This document shows positions 24,437-35,860 of a stretch of DNA of 36,492 nt, piece by piece. The DNA is from Phoronis australis (lineage: Eukaryota > Animalia > Phoronida), in NCBI GenBank assembly GCA_002633005.1, contig NMRA01001155.1:10925-47416 (forward strand), given 5' to 3'. A program made the translations under genes and the position numbers. Numbering within the stretch: the first letter of the stretch is position 1; every line of letters begins with the position of its first letter. Under the pieces are notes generated by a model. The model saw only the letters and a program-made list of their open reading frames with translations, was not told where the DNA came from and searched no databases.

Positions 24437-26457
24437 ACCCTAAATGAAACCTAGTGAAAATTATTGATTATTTTCGCAACATTGCTGTCCTTATTTGACG
24501 TTTTTTGACCCTTGATATCACTTACTAAATACTAAAACATTCCACAACCAATGCTGAGTAAATGTTGACTCGGTTATGCCCAGGTCCAATCGGATATGTT
24601 CAAAAGACTGACTTCGCGGGAACGAAGGAGTTGCAGTGTCGAGGCACCCAAATGTTTGAACAGGCACCTATTTTGGGCAATCCCATCATACCACCTGATT
24701 GATCAGGGTGCTTATTATTTCATGCATGTAGGTGAGCCTTCTGTCGTTGCTTTCTCAAGACATTTAAGCGGAGTTGTTTCGCCGCTGTTCCTCAGAAAAT
24801 AAAGCACGGCGGGCCCACACAGAGACGTACGTGTACAGTATAGAGAATGTGGATGTGAACGCATTGGAACAATACGCTAATGGAGTTTAGCGGAAGACTC
24901 CGGGGTAAGGGGAAAATGATTAAAATTTTAGTCAATCGACAGCCTTCAGATGACTAATCTGATATCAACCACTACCCACTGACTCCACTGTTTTCCACGA
25001 AAATGAGTGACACCTTCATGGACCAGTTAATTCTTATTCATTAATGACTAACTAATTGCATTCCTAAATTTATTAAATGACAAACTGCAACATTTTATGA
25101 CAAAAATCTACATCAACGATAGTTGAAGTAATACTTGACTTGAATTAGCTACGTTGAGTTCAATCAATGGGCCACGGTCAGCCACTGATCCAGCATGTTG
25201 AAAAAGTTTCATACATATCAGCTATCGGGCCGCTTGCGATGTTCAGAATATTCTCGAAATGTGACCACTTCCCCGGAAAGCTTTACTTTTATGCTTACAG
25301 TGGAATCAATGATAACTTTTGCAACAATATTACAGGGAAAACAGCCAGTAGAGGGCGTTTGATCATTTGGCTTTTTGACTGAACTTCCGTTAAGAAATGT
25401 CCATCCTTGTTAATTTCCTATATCAATGCGTTTTCCGTGTAGAAATGAATTAGTTTTATCAAAATGGAAATCTTTGCTCACCCCAAGTTGCTGCACTTTA
25501 GGCGTTTTCTATTTCTGACAAAAACCTAAAGAATTTTTTAACCAAATCAGATATTAGTTTCTAAATGGAACTTGGGAGACAAACTTCCACATGGCGTATT
25601 CCCAAGATAGACACATACACTGTAGACGCTCTACACGTATTCTGTCCAAAGATAGTAGCAGAGCATTTATAGAAAGGCAGCGCTAATTGAATCATGGAAG
25701 ACGATTGCAATGAAAGTAAATTAACCATTTGTGAAACGGATATTTGTCGTTCAATCGTCTCGCTTGACTAATTCCAAGTTTCCTTATAATTACTTCAAAG
25801 TAACTTTTATTGAAATATTGAATAAGTGTCTCAATAATTTGACACACGTCTCTCTTAATTAAGTTAATTCACTTGTGAGCCGTTATTTGAATCCAGTGAT
25901 AGAGCGCGGGAAATAAGACAGTTGTCATAACATTGCTGGAGTTACGAGTTATCCTTTAACAATGTTATGACACGTTTAAAACATTGCTGGATCCGCGTTT
26001 GGGGCGAATAATTCGGATAAACTCGAGATTAAGGTTATCTAGGACCCTAGGTCTTGCCAAGAATTGTACGATGACCCTTAACTTACTTCAAAATCCAACG
26101 GCTGCCTGGTGCTTTGGTAATTGACCCAATTACTTTGCAAACCCAGCAGAATTAATGAGGCACGCGTTATTGGAACTTTGAACAACCGTTTTAGGTTGTA
26201 AAAGTCCCATTTCTTGGCCGATTTTCATAATCCAAAAACCTAATCACGCGTGTTTTTCGCGAACTATTGAAATATGCTATTTATAAACATTCAAAACGAA
26301 AATCTAATAATACTACTGTCGCATCCAATCTGTTTATGGTGGGTTTCAATATCTAGAGAACGATAACATCAGCAGCCTAAGGCGATTTATTAATCCATAA
26401 CAGCATGGTGTATTTTATCTAAACCGTCAGATTCTGAGGTACGCAAACCGGTCGAAT

Positions 26458-27543
26458 AGCTCACTTGCGAGTTTCTCGTTAATCAATGTGACGTCACCGG
26501 AAAAGGGGCAAAACCAGCCATATTGCTCTTGTTTGGCCCCGATTTTTACGCTTAAAACGTTAACACAACTTAAAACATGGTAGATGGATCGTGGAATCAC
26601 TGTGAATGGACGAAGAAAATGTGAACTTGTTATGTTGTGCGAAGCTGTGAACGGACTGAAATTGGAACTGAACCCGGTCTAGGCCTGAATGCCGCAGGCA
26701 TACATGGGCGATAGTTTATCCCCATAAAAAGTTACTCACTTCAAAATACAGCAAATAACATCAAATGAAACATGCATATGCGCACATGGAGTTATAATTA
26801 ATTAACACATACCCTGACTCATATAACTTGAACCTATATATGAAAACCTTGCGGTTCGCTCAAGTTTCTCTCACAGGGCGCCATTTTGAGTACGTTACGT
26901 GATATCACGAACAAAAAGTCCAAGGAATACAAATCTTACAAATTCACTTGATATTTTCTCATGTTATTTTGCAAGTGTCACGCGCCAGGTCTCGCACTTC
27001 ACTCAGTCTCGCACTAGCCTTTGCCTCATACTCACCTGACCAGTTGAACTACTTTGTGGTTATCGCGCGTGAGGTTTAAGTTAACAGTAACCACAATGTG
27101 GAGTTGGAATTCTTCGCCAAAGTCACCTGAATTCCCGTAGCTATGCTTCATCGAAGATATGTTTAGAAGCAGAGAGGACCACTGGAGAAAGTAAGCGCCT
27201 TTTTAGGTGATAATTTTAGATGTAGAATGTATTTTTAATGTGGTGAAAACTTAATCAGTGAGCGGATTTCGCCTATCGCCCGTTAAAAATACACGAAACG
27301 AAATTAGTACAAAACGCGATACAACGTATTGTAGTGCGAATCTGAATTTCATTTGCCATAACAGCAATGCTTGTTTGGCATTTTTCGAACTAAACGGCCA
27401 AAAAGTGGAATAAAATAACAGAATACACTCTGCTAACGTATTGGGCAAATGAGCCAAACGACAAGCTTTTGCCCCACTTCCCGTGACGTCACATTTAAGT
27501 CTCACGTAATCTCGCGTTATTGTTATAAACTCGCAAAAGGACT
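26458..27543. mobile_element. Non-autonomous TIR element (1,086 bp) with AT flanks, ISL2EU-like candidate
   Basis: Left AAT|AGCTCACTTGCGAGTTT...AATGTGACGTCACCGGAAAAGGGGCAAAA; right end reverse-complemented AAT|AGTCCTTTTGCGAGTTT...AATGTGACGTCACGGGAAGTGGGGCAAAA. Confidence 0.75.
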
Positions 27544-27682
27544 ATTGCCTAATCACGACCAGTTAGGGTACCCTAAGCGCCACCTATAGTGTGAAAGAGT
27601 GTATCAGTTTGGGTGTCAACTCAGAGTTCTAACTTTGATTAACTTTGGAACATCAGAATGACTGATTGGATTCGTATGAAAA

Positions 27683-27806
27683 TTATGCACGGGGGGACAC
27701 TCTCTTTAAAATGTAGCACTTATGCACGGGGGCGGGGGAACACTCTCTTATGCACGGGGGATACTCTTTTTATAATGTAAGCACTTATGCACGGGGCGGG
27801 CGGGGG
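27683..27806. repeat. Four-copy G-rich irregular tandem repeat
   Basis: TTATGCACGGGG(G) occurs four times, with alternating long and short linkers. Confidence 0.85.
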
Positions 27807-27825
27807 CTACCAAAAATAGGTCTTT

Positions 27826-28008
27826 AATGATTATCCTAAACAAACCATAAAGTTACATAGAACAGAAACGCAATGGTATTGTAAACACAGTTTTTGATAT
27901 TTCACCTGGACGAGTATTTTTATCAAATGAAATTTGATCATGTTGTTGATACCGTTGTTTTGTTATCAATGTAGCTAAAGTTTACTTAAAAGACATGGTC
28001 ACGTGACC
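27826..28008 (-). mobile_element. Old dispersed repeat, copy 2 (internal fragment)
   Basis: TTTTTGATATTTCACCT...TTGATCATGTTGTTGATACC...GTTTTGTTATCAATGTA aligns to the reverse complement of ~35861-36060. Confidence 0.7.
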
Positions 28009-28430
28009 AAATCAATAACGCGTTCCCCTTTAGCACAATGCATATGTACTTTTACAGAGTGTAGATATTTGACTAAATACGCTGTCGCTTAGTCCAACAT
28101 AATCTTAAGTTGTGTTGCTGTATATTACTACATCAAACGAATAACAGTCATCTTGATTCCGATAAAAAAATCCACAGATGCCTATTTTCCTGTCTTCTCC
28201 ACCAATAACGGCGGGAACATTTAACGGGTGTACAAATTCAAATTCATGTATTTCAACATTTAAGGACTTGGCCCACATGTTACATAAAATTTACAGGATA
28301 ACGCTGAGCAGCCTTTCCCTGAGAGCAGTGGCGTGAAATACAAATTTCATTAGATTAATCTGAGCAATGGGCTCCGACATTTTCATTTGTTTTACAAACT
28401 TATGTTTATTTGGTTCACGCCAGCACCACN

Positions 28431-28897
28431 TGAAAATCTACCGTTACATGCATGGACATTTAACTCGCAACACATTCTCACAAGTGATTTTCCAAATGAA
28501 TTAATAGCATGATCCTTACTAATCCTTGGAAAATTAAAGGCATCTGAGTCGTACCATTCACCTGAAGGCAAAAATTCTACTGAGTCGTCTTGAATATAAT
28601 CGGAGAGTTTGCCAATTCTAGCATTAAGATCGCCAGCAACCAATAGAGATACATCATCGTGGGCATTCAAAAGGGCATCTTCAATACCACTTCTCAAAAT
28701 TTCTACACCATTCTTTTCAATTTCATTTTCATACACTGTCGCACCCTCAGGTGGCAAATAAACACAACAGAATAATACATCCTTTTCAGTACACAATAGA
28801 CTCTTATTAATTAATAGAAAAACACCAAAATCGAAATCACATTTCACTCGAGTTACACACCGAGCTAAACATTTTTTTGCAAACACAGAATATGCCA
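28431..28897 (-). mobile_element. LINE (L2/CR1-group) ORF2 apurinic-endonuclease fragment, young copy 1
   Basis: Open frame with CVYLPPEG, AGDLNARIG, SKDHAINSFGKSL and CNGRF; ends at the single-N join at 28430. Confidence 0.92.
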
Positions 28898-30823
28898 AAA
28901 TTAAATTCTGAACGCAAATTTCCAACTGATTCCAAAATGTGGTCCAAAAGTACTAACAACTGCAATTCTGGCTTGTTAGAGGACTGAAATTGCAACCGAT
29001 TCGGATTTCTCAGTCATTCGCCACCCAGCAATGCACAATTGCAACAGGGGCCGCCATCTTGAAGAAGAGTGCAGCTACAGCGGAGCAAGTGGTCTCTTTT
29101 CGCATTCCCAACATGTTCACAACTACAAACAAACCACATTCACTGAGCCTACATGCAACACCTACCTCAAAAATGCCCCCCAAGCCTCGCCTAGCCCTAG
29201 ATTTTAATATTTTGGAAGTGCAAATTGGTCGGGGCCGCAGCCTAACTGTTCAGTGCCACCTTACCAATTGTACTCAACTCGATCTCTCGCCGCATAGAAT
29301 TAACATATAATTAGCATTGTTTTGCAACCTCATTGGTATATTTTATTAGAATTCAGCATGACTGTGGTTATTAACTTCCATGTATAGATATTGTGTTACA
29401 ATAATTAATGAAAATCTCATCGTTTTTATAATTTCCAGCGCTGAATCGAAAACTATTGTTTAGGCGAGAACCAGTGATATTTTCAATGAGACGGCGCTAA
29501 TCGTTTGAGATCCCAAAAGGCAAAATCTATTATTATTAGCCTAATGCTTTAATTTGCGATGCGTGCTGAGATATCGGCAAATTAAGCCCAGACTCCGTCA
29601 GGGAGCTTCGTTCCAAAGCAAAGGGGCAACTTGTCTGCGGAAAGGATAATGTTCCATGAAACACAGCTGAAAGCCCGTTTGTAGTCGTTGTTGTCGCGAT
29701 ACCTGATACCATTGTTGAGCTGCATCGCAGTGAAACGAAGCCACAATCGGTGTTACGCCATCGAATATTATAATAAATCGGAGCTAAAGGCGTTCCATTG
29801 TGCGCTCGCAGCAGCAGAACATAAACGGCATAAGAATTTTATGAAGCGGGATTACGTCACCTGATACGTCGAATCTTGTAGCGCTTGCTCTACACGGCTG
29901 GTCTCGTGGTCAGTTAATAGGGTAGATGTGGAATATGACCCTCTCGTGCTCGGTTGAGTGCCGAAAAGAGCATTATGTGAACATCTCCACGACTTAGGAG
30001 ACATTATCTTTATGTTACAAGAAGACACACTTACGAGGAGAAAGGTTAGCACTTGGACACTCGTTACGGAAATAACACATATTATGCACTACCACAGCGA
30101 TACTTAAAGGTAAGGTACGTCTACTTTAAATATTAGAGGTATACTAAGCATACGGCGCGTCCCCTTTCACTGGCGTATAATGTTCATTGACAAGCTGTGA
30201 GTGTTTACTACAGCTATCATGAGAATAGGTATCGTCAGTCTCAAAAAACAACTTTTGATTTAAACAATTCACCGCTGTGTGGTTTTAATCGTTCAGGGCT
30301 TCGAAATAGCTGACAACTCCTTATTGCTTGGTTTGTCACTGCGGTTCATTTTACGTGATGAGCATGGTCCCAAGATACATGTACAACGAAGTGTCAGTAT
30401 ATCTGTAACATAAATCAAACTTATTGTTAAAGTACGTGTTAATAATCAAAAAATTACATTGAAGAAAACTCAAAAAGTCAAATTTAAAAATCTTACGTAT
30501 TCATAGAACTTAACTCGGACCAGTTACCGTGGGCCATAAAAATTGAGAGTTGCAATCACGCCTTATATTGTTTGGAATAAAACACTGTATCAAATCTAAC
30601 GGCAATGACCGCAACATCAACAGTGTTAGCGTCGGGACTAAGTGCATTGTGCATGAAGATATGCAACGAGAAGCCAACTGCATCGGAGTACGTGTTTTTT
30701 GAATTTAGACTAATTGTTCGTCGCTGCGTGCAGTACTGAGGTAGCAAAGAAAAAGCGAATCGAAAAGGGACAAAAAATTAACGTGAACCACACATATAGG
30801 CCCTTCGAACTGATTAAAAAATT

Positions 30824-30966
30824 NNNNNNNNNNNNNNNNNNNNNNNNNNNNNNNNNNNNNNNNNNNNNNNNNNNNNNNNNNNNNNNNNNNNNNNNNNNNN
30901 NNNNNNNNNNNNNNNNNNNNNNNNNNNNNNNNNNNNNNNNNNNNNNNNNNNNNNNNNNNNNNNNNN
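30824..30966. other. Assembly gap
   Basis: Run of N truncating a LINE. Confidence 1.
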
Positions 30967-31945
30967 CAATTAAGTTTTTCCTCAGTCCATCTTTAAATAA
31001 CTTTTCTTTTGACTTAAAAGTCACTTTGAATTTTTGTCGCAACTCTTTGTACTTATTAAAATTACCCTGATTACTATAGTGTCGGAAACCAGACAAAGCA
31101 CAATTTCTCTCTCTTTTCAGCACCTCTAACTCCACATCCCACCATGATGGTTGGACTTTCACAAATTTAACCGCAGCATTGGAGTGTACAATCATGTCGC
31201 AGGCAGCTGATTTATACATTTCATTTAACATCTGAACTGCGTCTTCAACCCGACAGCTCTCAATAAGATTCGCTATATCACTAGAGAACACTTGGAACCC
31301 ACTGACAAACTTGTACATGAACTGACTACGTCTTTCAGCCTTCCATCTAACTCTGTCATATTCACGGACGACATAATTTGTGCTATGAACAGTGTGATCC
31401 TGTGACTGAGTGAAGCCGTGAAAAACACAAACAAGAGGAAGATGATCAGATACATCCAGTAAATCAACTTTGAAATCTGATACAAAATCAAACAATTCAG
31501 TGGACAATAGTACATAATCAACTACACTACACCCTTTATTAGATAAACACGTAAACTCTTCTTCCTCATCACCTGAAAATCTACCGTTACATGCATGGAC
31601 ATTTAACTTGCAACACATTCTCACAAGTGATTTTCCAAATGAATTAATAACATGATCTTTACTAATCCTTGGAAAATTAAAGGCATCTGAGTCGTACCAT
31701 TCACCTGAAGGCAAAAATTCTGCTGAGTCGTCTTGAATATAATCGGAGAGTTTGCCAATTCTAGCATTAAGATCGCCAGCAACCAAAAGAGATACATCAT
31801 CGTGGGCATTCAAAAGGGCATCTTCAATACCACTTCTCAAAATTTCTATACCATTCTTTTCAATTTCATTTTCATACACTGTCGCACCCTCAGGTGGCAA
31901 ATAAACACAACAGAATAATACATCCTTTTCAGTACACAATAGACT
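30967..31945 (-). mobile_element. LINE (L2/CR1-group) ORF2 endonuclease plus linker, young 5'-truncated copy 2
   Basis: About 325 uninterrupted codons with YLPP, GDLNAR, FTC, SVVDYVL, SDHLPL and QPSWWD motifs; runs into the gap. Confidence 0.95.
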
Positions 31946-32180
31946 ATGGAGTTCGTAACAAAGGATGGAACTAATTCATTCTATGGTTTTCTGTGGAGGA
32001 ATATTGCTTGAGATTTATACGGGTTAAAGAGCATATAGTTGTGAGAGAACCAGTGAACAGTATTTAGATAGCAGTTGTTTTTAGTTTCCAAAGTGTCCGC
32101 GTTGGCTGAGGCGTAACACAGGTTGAAAATATTGAAAATGAGCGGGTCTAACAGAGACCCCTGAGGGACTCCTTTTGGTG
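31946..32180 (-). mobile_element. Old CR1/L2-group RT relic, 3' part (YADD segment deleted)
   Basis: KGVPQG/SLLDPLIFNIFN joins directly to LCYASANADTLETKNNCYLNTVHWFSHNYMLFNPYKSQAIF. Confidence 0.8.
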
Positions 32181-32824
32181 CAGTGGCGGATCTAGGATAT
32201 CACAAGGGGGGCCCAACATTATGTCCGGCTGTAAGCATTTGCGCAAACTAAACCACGATTGTAGATGCACATAGCACCGAATGGGGGGAGGTCGGGAAGG
32301 GGGGAAATTTTTCTGTTTTTACCTCTAAAAATCAAGCATTTTCCTTGATTCCTGAAGTATTATCCAAGAAAAAAGGCAAGTAAAAAAGAAACGGAGAACG
32401 TGTCAAACAGGAAAAAGTGAAAGTACTAAAGACTCGAACTCACGATCTGGCGGATAGAGCGCGCGTGTGTTACCACTACACCATCACCATTCAACTACTA
32501 CTGTCCACAACGTTTGCGCGCGAAACCTACTTCTTTTTGTAATGATTATTACACGTTTTTCATTTTGTGCCATCGATTCTTAACAAATTTGTCGTATTTA
32601 AAATAGTCTTCAAATGCCCAAAAGACCAAATCCGTTTTTCGTGTTGGCAATAATGACGAAATTGCTTTGGAAATTGTCTTAAGATAAGGTTAAATCTTTT
32701 TCATCCGTATAATTTTAGTTACCGGGTTAGTTAACAAACTCAACATTTCCCTACGCTCTAACTGCTTTATTTTTTTTGCGGCAGCCAAGGGGGGGCCTGC
32801 CCCCCCCCCCTAAATCCGCCTATG
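32181..32824 (+). mobile_element. MITE subfamily B (644 bp), 5-bp TSD, inserted in the RT relic
   Basis: Ends CAGTGGCGGATCTAGG...CTAAATCCGCCTATG; TGGTG at 32176-32180 and 32825-32829. Confidence 0.95.
32425..32490 (-). pseudogene. tRNA-derived segment (Pol III A/B boxes) inside MITE B
   Basis: Minus strand ATGGTGTAGTGGTAACACACGCGCGCTCTATCCGCCAGATCGTGAGTTCGAGTCTT contains A box TGGTGTAGTGG, D-stem GTGT/ACAC and B box GTTCGAGTC 33 nt downstream; no acceptor stem. Confidence 0.7.
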
Positions 32825-33480
32825 TGGTGTATTGTACCATTCCCATACAGTAGGCCCTTTGCTTTCTATTGGCGAGTTAGCCTTGGACAGTGGAGGGTTA
32901 CGAGGCGCTGAGACCGGTAGGTTTTCAAGTTGGCGAGGGCGAGGTTATGAGTTATGCAGTCGAATGCTTTACTGAGGTCGAGGCAGATGAGACCGATGAC
33001 GTGATTACAGTTCACGTGTCAGTTTTCCAGTCTTCAACGAGTTCGAGTAATGCGGTATTGCAACCATGGTTTTTCCGGTACGCAAATAGCTGAGGGGACA
33101 AGAGAGAAGATGGGTGAGGGGGTAGGTGAGGGGATAGGTGAGGGATAGGTGCATGAAGGGATAGACTCTTTTCAAAATAGGTAGTTAGTCGATTAAATAG
33201 TTCGTTCGAAAATTTTCGACACGCTGGAAAGCATTCGTGTGACAGGACGCCGGGTGTTTATAGTTTTGTCTGTTTCCATGCCCTTCGAAGAGTGGGGTTA
33301 TTTCTCCTTCTTTGACACATGTGAGTATCCTTTTCTGTAAAAATATTGATTAAATTTGCTACAGATAGTGCCAGAGCTGAGGCAGCTGCTTTGTGCGACC
33401 TTCCGGGAATCTGATCGGATCCTGTGGCTTTGGTGGTGTTGAAATCGAGGAGAATCTTGAAGGTTGTCGCTTCATATTCG
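32825..33480 (-). mobile_element. Old CR1/L2-group RT relic, 5' part, frameshifted
   Basis: KATGSDQIP...ANLIN...KIFER...SPQLFAYRKNHGCNTALLELVEDWK...IGLICLDLSKAFDCITHNLALANLKTY...NRKQR. Confidence 0.9.
33091..33164. repeat. Purine-rich (GGTGAGGGGATA)-like expansion within the RT relic
   Basis: About 5 degenerate 11-12-bp units resembling the local RT sequence (GAGGGGATAG). Confidence 0.75.
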
Positions 33481-34410
33481 TAGGATGGAATGTGAAATTA
33501 TTGTTGAAGTCAAGATGACTTACAACTCTATTCAATCTTCTCAGCTGCTTTTACAGTGCTCGTGCATCTGTAAAAATTCCTAGTGTGCGTGCGCAAACTC
33601 TAGAAAATCTGGCGTTCGTTGCAGCCCCGAAAATGTAATAACGATTGGAGAGTTAAAGAGAGTCAGCTGACTAACTCATTGCACTGCTACATGTAGGCAT
33701 TAAAGGGGTCGTGTCTTGGTCATTCACGCGAGGAAATTGATTGATTCAGTGGCGGCAACATTTTTTCGAATTTCATGGATCATGAGGTTTTTGTTCCCGA
33801 TGGAGTATCATAAGGTATGCAATAACCGATCGCCAGTAATGATCACCCTACCTTTTCACTCTCCCGTTATGCCAATCCCAAATCTCTCCCACAATAGCCA
33901 AAACTGTACAACCAAATTCCCGGCAAGCTCTTTCCGGTTCATCGACGGATATGGAAAATATCAGTTTCATGTTAACGCACGTAGTCTAAAGCGTTGTTAC
34001 GCGGGTCACGAAAAACACTATTATAATTCCATCCCTCTGTAGATGCTAAACGATTTATTGAAAACGAGGGCGAAGTATCATGAAGTGTCGTGTTTCATAA
34101 TTAGGAATGAAAAATCCGTGATAGGGTGAAGTGGAGAATTGCCCACTGTTCTACGTGAATTTCGGTGAAGTAGGCTCCCGCGCTGAAAGTCCAGGGGGTC
34201 TATCTCACTTCAAAACAGAAATTTGTTCGCTCCCATGCACTTCATCTGCTAAAAAAAGGTTTCAGCAGTGAGCGCATGACAGTCTAGAAATAGTAATTTG
34301 TGGAAATTGCCTCAGTAATTAGTGCATATATATTCTGAGTTCAGAGACTTGTCATAAGTCAACACTTGCTGCTCTACTATCTTATTTTTCTTTGAAGTGA
34401 CCGCATCCAG

Positions 34411-34732
34411 CAGGAACGGATTCAGGATTTTGAGTTGGGAGGGGGGGCAGTGTACAGTAATAACAAGAATTTTGCCACATACGCGCGCTCACCCTAAAAT
34501 GTAGGGATGCAAGGTTCTCGAATTTTTGGGTTTGTGAACATTATTACTAAAAAAGAAAAAAGGTAAACGGGGTTTGTTCAAGGACTACGCATTGTGCATT
34601 CGCCCCCGGAGCACCCCTGGGTGCGCGCATATGCTATTAGTCAACAATTCGCACCCCGAACTGCCAAATGGTATCTGGGAGAATTTTAGGGGGGGCATGG
34701 CCCCCTTGGCCTCCCCCTTAAATCCGCCACTG
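34411..34732 (+). mobile_element. MITE subfamily A (322 bp), 5-bp TSD
   Basis: Ends CAGGAACGGATTCAGG...TAAATCCGCCACTG; TCCAG at 34406-34410 and 34733-34737; homologous to 2930-3241. Confidence 0.9.
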
Positions 34733-35431
34733 TCCAGTGCACGTGTCGGTCCGCTACACATTAACTTAATTTATGAATGACCACTCCAACTCATTCAGTT
34801 CAGGTCAGGTAGAGGTCTGTTACACGTTAACTTAAACTGATGACCAGTCAAGACCTCATTCAGTGCACGTGGCGGTCTGCTACTCATTAACTTAAAATGA
34901 ATGCCCAGTCAAGAGGTATGAATTGGTGATACCCGGTTGTTTTGCTATCAAGTACCTTTCTTCAGATTCTCTAAAGTTTACCAAAATGACATGGTCAAGT
35001 GGCCCAATCAATGTCCGATTGGCTGACGGCCAATGCCTTGAGAAATTGTATANGGGAGAATTTTAGGGGGGGGCATGGCCCCCTTGGCCTCCCCCCCTAA
35101 ATCCGCCACTGTCCAGTGCACGTGTCGGTCCGCTACACATTAACTTAATTTATGAATGACCAGTCAAACTCATTCAGTTCAAGTCAGGTAGAGGTCTGCT
35201 ACTCATTAACTTAAACTGATGACCAGTCAAGACCTCATCCAGTGCACGTGGCGGTCTGCTACTCATTAACTTAAAATGAATGCCCAGTCAAGAGGTATGA
35301 CTTGGTGATACCCGGTTGTTTTGCTATCAAGTACCTTTCTTCAGATTCTCTAAAATTTACCAAAATGACATGGTCAAGTGGCCCAATCAATGTCCGATTG
35401 GCTGACGGCCAATGCCTTGAGAAATTGTATA
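34677..35431. other. ~377-bp tandem duplication across a single N, probably an unmerged haplotype overlap
   Basis: 34677-35052 and 35054-35431 differ at about a dozen positions; the junction is exactly the N at 35053. Confidence 0.85.
34735..34915. repeat. ~62-bp tandem repeat, 3 copies (repeated again at ~35114-35294)
   Basis: CAGTGCACGTG.CGGTCTGCTAC.CATTAACTTAA...ATGACCAGTCAAGACCTCATT units. Confidence 0.8.
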
Positions 35432-35860
35432 CTGAAGCCGAGTTGAAATCTGCTTTGCAGATATTTTGTCTAAATACACTGGCTTGCCAATAAGGTACAC
35501 ATAGATTGAGTCAAGATAAGCCAGTGACGCGTTCAGGCATAGGCGCGCCAGGCACAATTAGGCGGGAGGGATAAGACCCCGCCGATCGCACGAAATGTGT
35601 ATAGGGGTCACGCAAAACGATTTTCCTGCGAAAACTGGTTCTTAGCTCCCTCGAGTCATCCTAGATCCGCCAGTCGTATCAAACGGAAACACGCTGATAA
35701 GGGGTTTGAGTCTTACTACACAGAGAACGTAGGACCTTATCGACAACTCGGCCCTTTTATCTACAAAACTACAAACTTTAACTCGGCAAATGTATTTCGG
35801 TAAGTGAAAAGTCTGCAGAATTTGTTTTTCTTTTTCATTTTTACCAATCTGTTTTCAATT

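Noticed and set aside
26029-26081. Tiny TTAA-flanked inverted repeat
   Set aside because: Only ~8 imperfect bp pair inside the TTAAs, which is compatible with chance.
27577-27592. CTCF-like motif (also near 6612 and 10677) and a YY1-like GCCGCCATCTTG near 29050
   Set aside because: Isolated short matches are expected in 36 kb, and there is no supporting context.
30556-30747. NTVDVAVIAV resembling the Academ nuclease DTDV motif
   Set aside because: Key residues (EAD, DTD) are absent and there is no further similarity.
32425-32490. Functional amber-suppressor tRNA gene
   Set aside because: The acceptor stem is missing and the anticodon and T stems are only partly paired; it is kept only as a tRNA-derived segment.
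33700-33730. Lone TTAA|AGGGG Kolobok-like ends (also near 1905, 15285 and 30105)
   Set aside because: I found no matching partner TIR in the window.
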